64,000 bases of DNA from the human T2T-CHM13v2.0 reference genome, Homo sapiens. Position numbers and translations under genes: made by a program. The notes below the pieces were generated by a model. The model had not been told where the DNA came from. It saw only the letters and a list, made by a program, of their open reading frames with translations, and searched no databases. The stretch lies in assembly GCF_009914755.1 (NCBI RefSeq), contig NC_060946.1; one strand, written 5' to 3'. Below are positions 55,472 to 64,000 of the stretch, in pieces; position 1 is the first letter of the stretch, and each line of letters opens with the position of its first letter.

Positions 55472-56040
55472 CCCAGAAATAGCCTTTGACCCAGCAATCC
55501 CATTACTGGGTATACATTCAAAGGAATATAAATCATTCTATTATAAAAATACATGCATGTGTATGCTCAATGCAGCACTATTCACAATAGCAAAGACATG
55601 GAATCAACCTAAATGCCCATCAGTGATAGACTGGATAAAGAAAATGTGGTACATATACACCATGGAATACTATGCAGCCATAAAAAGGAATGCAATCATG
55701 TCCTTTCCAGGGACATGGATGGAGCTGGAAGGCATTATCCTCAGCAAACTAATGCAGAAACAGAAAACCAAATACTGCATGCTCTCACTTGTAAGTGGGA
55801 GCTGAATTATGAGAACACATGGACACATGGTGGAGAACAAAACACACTGGGGCCTGTTGGAGGGTTGGGGGGTGGGAGGAGGGAGAGCATCAGGAAGAAT
55901 AGTTAATGAATGCTGGGCTTAATATCTAGGTGACAGGATGATCTGTGCAGCAAACCACCATGGCACATGTTTACCTATGTAACAAACCTGTACATCCTGC
56001 ACATGTATCCCTGAACTTAAAATAAAAGTTGGAAATAAGA
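55472..56040 (+). mobile_element. L1PA/L1PB 3' end (5'-truncated)
   Basis: Encodes an ORF2p C-terminal remnant (FDPAIPLLGI...TWNQPKCPS...WIKKMWYIYTMEYYAAIK) followed by 3' UTR and AATAAA. Confidence 0.92.
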
Positions 56041-56251
56041 AATAATTTGCCATCAACTAAGTCCTTTCCCTTCTCTGAGCTTCAGTTTCCTAATCTGCAA
56101 AATGAGCAAGTTGTACCATCTGGCCTCACAGGACACTTCCAGTCCTTGTGTTCAAGTGATTGTGACTAAATTTAAATGTCTTTAATGACAGCTTGAAAGT
56201 CAGGAGTGAGGGCACATCCACTAACTCACTGAATGATATTAAGCAAGTCAC

Positions 56252-56550
56252 TCCATCCATCCATCCATCCATCCATCCATCCATCCATCCATCCATCCAC
56301 TCATTCTCCCCTGTCCATCCATTCATCAATGCATCCAGTTATCGTCCATCCATCTACCCACCTCTTCATCCATCCAACCGTCCATTCATCCTTTCATCCA
56401 TTCATCTGTTCATCACATCCTGTCCATCCATTTATCAATGCATCCTTTTATCTGTCCACTCATCCACCTGTTGATGAATCCATTCCTTCATCTGTCCACT
56501 AATCCATCCTTCCATCTCTCCATCAACCTGTCCATTCATCAACCCATCCT
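56252..56550. repeat. (CCAT)n tract, pure at the 5' end and degenerate at the 3' end
   Basis: Direct reading. Confidence 0.93.
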
Positions 56551-59500
56551 ATGCAAAGCCATTTTAAGACCTTGGTTTGATCTAAGCAGTATTATTCTGG
56601 AGTCTCACACTCACGTCATAGCATATACATTTAAAGAATTCTTATTGTAACATTTAAGAAGAAGTATTAAAGTTATGTTTTTGAAACTATATTGTTACCA
56701 GTAACTCTCTCAATTTATATATACCTGTAGTTTCTTGAAAATCATCAAGCATACTCAGGAATTCTTGTGAAATGAGACTCTAACTCATCAACTTTTTTCA
56801 AATATAATGAAACTTTTATGAACACTAAATTTAAAAAACACTGAGGTTGATATAACGGTATGTTGTGGAGGCATTTAATTTAAGCCTTTATTAATTTTGC
56901 TTTTGCAGTTTTCTTTTACTATTTTGGAGCCGATATATTACTTTCAGCTCTCAGGCATTTTCATGGGCTCTTAAAAAGCTTGTAGGCCTCAGGGCCTAAT
57001 GGGTAAAATAGGCCCATTTCCAAAGTCTTTTAACATCCCTCCTGCATTTCCCAGATCCTAATTGGATGAAGACAGACAGATTATGCAAAAGGCCTATCTG
57101 GTCAACCCAAGATAATAAAATAGATGTGTAAAGGAAACATACATGAAGCATCAACCTCACACTAAGGAAACTGCTTCACGTTTGCCCTCCACCCCTTTAG
57201 GTATTCCTGTCCTGAATAGAAACAATAATTCTGGGCAGATGCGGGGTGAAGATAAGGATGATTTCAAGGGTTCACTGTAAATCGTAATGAGTACCTACTC
57301 TAGCAGGGAGTATTTTGATTGCTTTTTGAAATGTGAAATCGCAGATTTATCTCCTGTGATCACATTGGGAACATTTTTTTTCCTATATAAAAAGAGGTTT
57401 CAAGAAGTGCTGAAAGGTTTAGGATAATGAAGGCAAATTACTTTTACAACAGCAGGGAATTGTGAGCAGTTTGTGTGTCTTTGAACATGGGAAAATAAGA
57501 GAATTCTCCAGGGAGAAAAACTCCCAGTTTGTCACTGGAAAAAATTCGTGTGAGACAAATATGGCTTAATGCTTCAGCATATATATGAACTGGAGCCCTT
57601 GGTGAATATCCTAGCCTGTCTCCCTTTTTTAATGATGAAGCATGTTCCACACAGGGAGTGGAGGTAACATACTCAAGATCACAAGGCAAGTTTGTGCCTA
57701 GACAGACCAATGGCTGACCCTGGCCCAATGTGGTTCTGCTATCACATGGTGTGCCTTGTCCTAAAATAGTGGAAAATGCATAAATGAGAACGGTATTCTT
57801 TTTTACAATTTGCTTTTTTTCTTTATTAGACATTTTTGAACATTTGGGAGATGTGTTGAGAAAGTTAATTAACCCATCCTCATCCCACTGCACCAAGGAA
57901 TCCTCTGTTAACAGCCTGTGCAAATCTTTTCTTTCTTTTGTTACAATTTTGAAAAGCAATTTTCTCTTTATGTTTCTATATGCTTCTTGAGTCTCCATGA
58001 TATACAGACTTCCCATGGCATTCAATTCTGCTCAATCGTCTGTTGCTATTGGACCAAATTCTTCCAGGAATAATTACCATGCTGGAGTTCATGGTGACGT
58101 GTATGCAGTACACTCATGTTGGGTATCTCCTGGATATCAGGAACTGTGCTAGTTAATGAGGGAAAGAAGTTAACCAGAATGGAATCACTGCCTGCAAGAG
58201 ACTTAGAGGCTGGGGGGAGGTTCTGTGTATAAACAATTTTGACAAAGAGCAATGTGTCCTGTGATAGGGATAAGACACAGAAGTCCAGGAATGCACTGAC
58301 CCAGACTGGGAGTCAAGGGAGGCTTCCTGGAGGAGATGATCCCTCCTAGATCCCAAAGGATGAGTAAAACTTGGCAATGTAAAGATGAGAGAGAAAGGCA
58401 TTGCAAGCTCAGGAAAGAGCAAGCTCAAGGCTTGTAGGCAAGAACTTTGGGGCTGAAAGCAACCTTACATGCCACCATACTCCCATAATTCCTATGTCAC
58501 AGATGGGAAAATGAAGATCTTTTTGAAGCCCTTGGTGCCATTACACAAGATAGCACATTCTGTTGTTCTTTTTGGCCTTTACAAAAGCAAACGTTATTTG
58601 CAGTGGGATGCAAATGGAAGACAATGGTATTGTCTAGCATGATTATCCTGCAGATCTTTGTTATAACTAGGGCATCCTGAAGTTAAGAAGATGTAGATTA
58701 AATGTGTGCATGGAGTGCTATCCTTACCCCTGAATTCAGAAAGCCTGGCGCTACAGTCACTGGGTGGCAAGATTGGATTGCAGGTCAACTGTTTGTGATC
58801 CACTGTAACTTTAATCCTGGCCGAGCTGATGACATTTTGGAATCAGCAATGAATCAACCATTGGACATAATATGCACTAGGCTCTTAGAAAAGAGTTGAG
58901 GGATCATGGGGAAGAGATGTTCCTGGTAGTGTAGGAAATAGAACACAATTGTCAAGAGCTTGCACTCTGGACTTGTACCTACCTTGATTTGAATCCCAGC
59001 TCCTCCACTTACAAGCTGTGCAAACAAAGCAAGCAACTGCATTTCTCTGTCTCCTCACCTGTCAAATGGGAGCTGGAATAGCTCCCACCTGGAGGGACTT
59101 TGTGTAGATACAAAAGCATGTAAAGATCTTACTTAAGTGTTCAGCATATCCTAAGTGCCCAGCAAATGGTGTAGTTCGAATTATCTTATTTTAATCCAAA
59201 CCAAGTTCCCTCAGCTTCCAGAACTGGTTGGGGTCAGCTTTATCCACTGACATGTTCCTTTTAATAACAGTTTTTGCTGGACAGGACATAAAGAAATAGA
59301 AAGATGCTCTGTGCTGCAAAGCCTCCCAGGCACAACTGGGAATGACTCAGTGTGGGGAGTTATTTTGGTTCACTCTTTTGTCTGCTCTGCTCTGGTTGTT
59401 CAGATAACTGGACTTTGCCTGACTTTGCAAGACCAGCCAGACTGGGCTTACCTGACGTGCCACCTCAAACTCTCAAGCTATCTTTGATACACTGCCAATG

Positions 59501-59574
59501 AGTTAAATATTCCTTGTATGATAAAGCAAAGAGGGGGTGATGAAAGTGTGGTAAAACTCTTCAGAGTATTAGGA

Positions 59575-59830
59575 ATTATATAGTGACTTAAAAGCCCAGC
59601 TTGGAAAGTCAGAGGAAGCTTAGTTCTCATTTCAGCCTCGCCACTGCCTACCTATGTGACCTTGGTCTTACCAGCACCTGTCTCCTAATCTCAGTTTAGT
59701 CATTTCGAAAATGGGGGTACTCATGCCTGTCTCATTAGGTTATCATGAAGATTAAATGAGATCATAATATGTAAAGTGTTTGGCACTGTGCTTGGAATGT
59801 AGTAAGCACTCAATATATTCTAGATATTCT
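59575..59830 (+). mobile_element. MIR
   Basis: TATGTGACCTTGG...AAGATTAAATGAGAT.AT..ATGTAAAGTG.TTGGCAC.GTGC.TGG....TAGTAAGCACTCAAT. Confidence 0.78.
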
Positions 59831-59985
59831 ATTATGTTGTATTTATTCACTTATTTAGCAAAAAGAAATATGTAAAAATTATCACTATGTGTCAAGCCCT
59901 GGGGTGGAAGCTGATGATACAGTGACAAAATGGATGTGGTCTCCATGCTCAATCTATCACAGAAGAAAGACAATAAGTAAGTTAA

Positions 59986-60100
59986 TATGTGTGTGTATGT
60001 ATACGTATGTGTATGTATGTGTGTGTGTGTATATGTATAGTGTGTATGTACATATATATAGTGTGTGTATATATATATATAGTTTGTGTGTGTGTGTGTG
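59986..60100. repeat. Compound (TG)n/(TA)n microsatellite
   Basis: Direct reading. Confidence 0.93.
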
Positions 60101-60274
60101 ATTACAAATAGGAATAAATGCTGTGAAAGCATCAATCAGGGTGCTGAGATCAGGTGGTCATGGAAGGCTTCTATGAGGCATTGACCTTTAAACTAAGATC
60201 TGATGGATGAATAGGGAGTTATCAGGCCAAGAGCAAAGGAAACAGCATATGCAAAGCCCCAAGGAAGGAATGAG

Positions 60275-60691
60275 TGATATAGTTTTGATCTGTGTCCCTG
60301 CCCAAATCTCATGTCAAATTGTAATCCCCAATGTTGGAAATTGAGTTGGTGGGAGGAGATTTGATCATGGGGGTGGTCCTTCATGAATAGTTTAGCACCA
60401 TCTTCTTGGTACTGTTCTCATGATAGTGAGTGAGTTCTCATGATATCTGGTTGTTTAAAAGCATGTGGCACCTCCCCTTTCTCTTCTTGCTCCTGCTGTG
60501 GCCATGTAAGATGTGCCTGCTTCCCCTTCACCTTCCACCAGTTTTGTAAGTTTTCTGAGACCTCCCCAGAAGGAGAAGCCACTATGCTTCCTATACAGCC
60601 TGCAGAACCATGAGCCAATTAAGCCTCTTTTCTATATAAATTACCCAGTCTCAGGTATTTTTGTATAGCAGTGCAAGAACGCCCTAATACA
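60275..60691 (+). mobile_element. MSTA-like MaLR solo LTR
   Basis: TGATATAGTTT...CCCAAATCTCATGT..AATTGTAATCCCCAATGTTGGA...ATAAATTACCCAGTCTCAGGTAT...CTAATACA; flanks ATGAG/ATGAT. Confidence 0.87.
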
Positions 60692-61941
60692 ATGATCTCA
60701 CTCTGTCTGAGTAAGAACTAAGGCCAATGTAGCTGGAGCATGGCAAATGAGGGCAAGCCTGCTCAGAAATGGGGTGGAAGACAAAGTCAGGCTCCAGAAC
60801 ACACACAGCCTTGCAGCAAAATTTGGAGGCAACTTAAGAACAGTGGGAAGGAAGCCACTGAGAGGTGTTAAGCAGAGGATTGTGTGATGGGTCTGAGCTT
60901 CAATTTTCAAAACTCACTTTGACTGCTGGGTGGAGAATGAATGGTAGGGAAAGACCAGGCAGAAAGCTGGACTCATCTCAGTGAGGCAGACTGGTGGTTT
61001 GGACTTGAGTGGACCCTATGGGTACAGGGAGAAGCAACAGGTTCAAGGTCTATTTTGAAGTTAAAGTCTATAGACTTGCTGATAGATAAAATGTGGGGAA
61101 ATGGGAGAAAATAGATTCAAGGACGTCTCCCAGGTTACTGCTTGAGTGACTGGCTGGATCAGATGGTACCTTTGCCGCAATAGGGAAGGCTTTAGAGAGT
61201 AAACAAGATCAGTTGTAAGGCTCTTGCAACACTAACGTTGAATGGAAAATCCCTATTGTCAGCAACACAGTGCATAGGGCATGTGGATGCATCTTGTTTG
61301 CTGATACATTTTAGAGAGATGCATGTAGATAGTTTTAGGTATAGCTACACCCACTTCCATACAGACACTACTTCTTTCACATCATCTTATTTTATTTCCT
61401 TCAAGCCACTCACCACAATCAGAATTATTTGTTTTTTTTTTCTTGTTATTTATTTCTTTTCATTTTATCTCTCCGACTAGAATGGAAGGTCCATGATTGT
61501 GAGGCACTTACTATCTTGTTCCCTATTGATTCCCAGCAACTAAGCCTGGTTCTGGCACATAGTAGGAGCTCCATAAATGCTCATTGAAAACAAAATTTTT
61601 TCACATTGCTACGTGTACATTTACCTTCTATTGCATGACAGGTGTTCAGTTTCACATAACTAAAATGGCCAAGTGGGTTTTCGCAGGTTGGGGAAAGCCC
61701 GAGCCTGGTCTTACTGGGTGAGTAAGTAACATTGTGCATACATTGTCATCCTTCCCAGGAGGAGAGAACTGCAACTCTGCTGAGGAGACAGACAGGAGGG
61801 GTCCTGGTATAGTGACAAATGAAAGGCATGAGCTTTCTATTATGGAAATGGGGTGGCTGGTGGCCTTCCAGGAAGACTCAACAATGTTGATTGACTGTAG
61901 GAAGAGTTAATAACTACTCCCAGCCCAGTCAACTGGGCTCA

Positions 61942-61954
61942 GTTGCTAAGCAAC
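61942..61954. promoter_or_regulatory. Palindromic RFX X-box-type site
   Basis: GTTGCT-A-AGCAAC fits GTNRCN-N(0-3)-RGYAAC. Confidence 0.5.
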
Positions 61955-62771
61955 TACCTCCCCAGGGTTATATAATATGTAAGAGAAACACTTTTTTTTC
62001 TAAATGGAACACAGGCTTCCTTCCTAGGTGACAGAGACTTTTCACCTTGATCTTTCCAATCTCCAGTAGACTTGGGTGACTTAGACATGCAAGTGGCCTT
62101 TGGGTTGCTTTCAAGCTGCTACCAAAGAGAATGCCGCCATCCAATAAAGGATGGATTTAGAGAAAGGGGTAAATGGGCAATCTGTGTAGCTTCCTTTACT
62201 TGCATGGAATTCCTAGGCAACCCTGGCATGGTCGTCTCTCTCTGTGGATTCTCTAGAGGGCTTTGGTGACACCAGATCTCCCTGAAGATTTGACCAAACT
62301 TATAGATGGACTGGGGCAAAAGGAGAAGCTACTGGTCTACCTAGGGTTTTCTTAACTCATGCAATTATCCATCTCTTTGCTCTTTGAGACTACAAATGTG
62401 TACAAATCAGACACAACTGAGTTCAAATCTTGGCTTCCACTGGGCAAGTTATTTAATCATGCTGAGCCTCTGGTTTTGCTTCTGTGAAACAGAGGTGATC
62501 AGAATGATGACAATTATCATGATGATGACAATGAGGCTAGTCTTAAAGGCTTAGCAAGGCTCTGGCCAATATCTAATGGATAATACATGTAAAAGTACTT
62601 CAGAAAGTCCATAAAGCTATATAAATGTTGATTGTCACTGAGATTATCCAAAGACTGTAAGCTTAGATTCAGGGATTCCTTTGAAAACTTGTGGTATGGA
62701 CAGTCATTGCAAGAGCACAGATGTTCAGAGAGACAATGGGGACAACAAGCATAAAATAAAACCAGGAAGTA

Positions 62772-63062
62772 TCTTGGTTAGTTTATGCTGATATGATACC
62801 AGCATATACACAGACTGGGTAATTTATAAATAATAGAAATCTGCTTCTCACAGTTCTAGATGCTGGCATTGGCAGGTTTGGTGTCTGGTGAGGGCTGTTC
62901 TCTGCTTCCGGGATGGTGCCTGTTGTTGCATCTTCCAGAGAGGATGAACACTGTGGCCTCACATAGCAATAGACAGAATGGCCAACAGGGCCTCGCTAGT
63001 TCCCTGGAGCCCTTTTATAAGGGCTCTGATCCCATTCATGGGGGAAGAATCCTTGTGACATT
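62772..63062 (-). mobile_element. MST-type MaLR LTR fragment
   Basis: CAGACTGGGTAATTTATAAATAATAGAAAT...TCTCACAGTTCT...GTGTCTGGTGAGGGCTG.TCTCTGCTTCC. Confidence 0.75.
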
Positions 63063-64000
63063 TCCTTTAGGACCTGTGAAGCTGAGACTGCTCCCGGTAG
63101 ACATTCCCACCTCCTCCTGTCTTTAATAACAAAATCTTCACATTAGCTGGAGATGTGGCCACCTGGAATATACTGCAATTCTCTGCCTCCCTTGTGGTTG
63201 GATGTGGCCATGTGGCATGTTCTGGCCAATGGGAAGCTGGTGGGAATGTTCCCAGTAACTTGGAGAGACAACTGGATAAGCAGAGTCATTGGAAACGTCA
63301 TGACACATACAGCTTACTAAGGACAAGTCAGAGATTATCAGCTCTGGACAGGTCTCTAAAATAATCTTCTGCCCATTGAGAAGATGAGAAAATTGAGGCC
63401 TAAAGAATGGAAAAGGATGGTCCAAATCACTTACAAATTAGCAATGGAGAAAATTAGCCCATTACCAATCACCAACCAACCTTTTGCACCAATTACTGAG
63501 TTAAAGCCTATGGCGCAAAAATGAAGAACCATACCCAGCGCTCAAAGAACCCAGGGCCTGTTGCTTAGTAGGGACTGAACACAGCTCCCAACTTCCAGCT
63601 ACTGTTTACCTTCTGGGCTAATCTTTAGTCTGTTTTTTTCAGAATAGAAAGCCTGGGAGGGAAAGGTTTTTCTGAGAACTGATTTAACTTGTATCTATTC
63701 ATCCGAGAGAAAACCCAGAGTTTGATGATGTTGGGAGCCACTTTATACAAAATGACAACTTAAAGGAGAGGCAAAAGTAATCTCTTTAATTGCATTGGTT
63801 CAATTTGTCTACCTGATGCTTTTGGGGAGAGATTAATTTAATTGATTCTCTCATATGTGAAGTTCCATTACCTCTCGATGCTTCCAGGGCATATTTATGC
63901 AGCAAAACTTAAGCAAAGAGAAGTACATCCAGGACTAGAGGCAAGGATTCATTTCAGACTGTCAGTGCAGCTTTTTAGCAGTTTGGTGAATTCCCTTCTC

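Larger units (their letters stand above)
59845..61200 (-). mobile_element. L2 fragment interrupted by a (TG/TA)n microsatellite and an MSTA LTR
   Basis: L2 motifs GGTGGTCA.GGAAGGCTTC, GGAAGCCACTG.GAGG..TTAAGCAGAGG and TTGCTGAT.GAT...ATGTGGGG on both sides of the insertions. Confidence 0.7.

Noticed and set aside
55449-55805. 118-aa ORF similar to the L1 ORF2p C-terminus
   Set aside because: A fragment of a 5'-truncated L1, not a host gene.
57444-58025. 193-aa minus-strand ORF
   Set aside because: Non-ATG start, overlaps MIR-like and AT-rich decayed sequence, and has no protein-family resemblance.
61687-61721. Possible cryptic microexon (TTTTCGCAG|...|GTGAGT or GTAAGT)
   Set aside because: Very short pyrimidine tract, no upstream UGC motif, and both lengths (31 and 35 nt) shift the frame. 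There is no evidence.

Overview
Primate (almost certainly human) genomic DNA: about 33.7 kb of upstream sequence, the CpG-island promoter and first coding exon of SEZ6L (seizure related 6 homolog like; ATG 33945, donor after 34038, + strand), then 30 kb of intron 1. No second coding exon, RNA gene or CRISPR array is recognisable. The rest is ordinary mammalian repeat content: 12 Alu/Alu-monomer copies, L1 relics (one with a twin-priming 5' inversion), many MIR and L2 fragments, MaLR/ERVL/ERV1 solo LTRs, Tigger and Charlie MITEs, and microsatellites. Almost all ORFs in the track are repeat or low-complexity artefacts. I see no new protein-coding system. The best leads are cis-regulatory: a dispersed 28-bp duplicated element carrying an RFX X-box-like motif (26133 and 30625), a 9-bp-spacer non-canonical REST/RE1 site in intron 1 (35247), five back-to-back palindromes in about 90 bp (61865-61955), a CRE/E-box/KLF cluster (47164-47238), and a ~26 kb Alu-free zone around the promoter. 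Repeat subfamily names come from recalled consensus sequences, and their boundaries are approximate unless TSDs or TIRs are cited.
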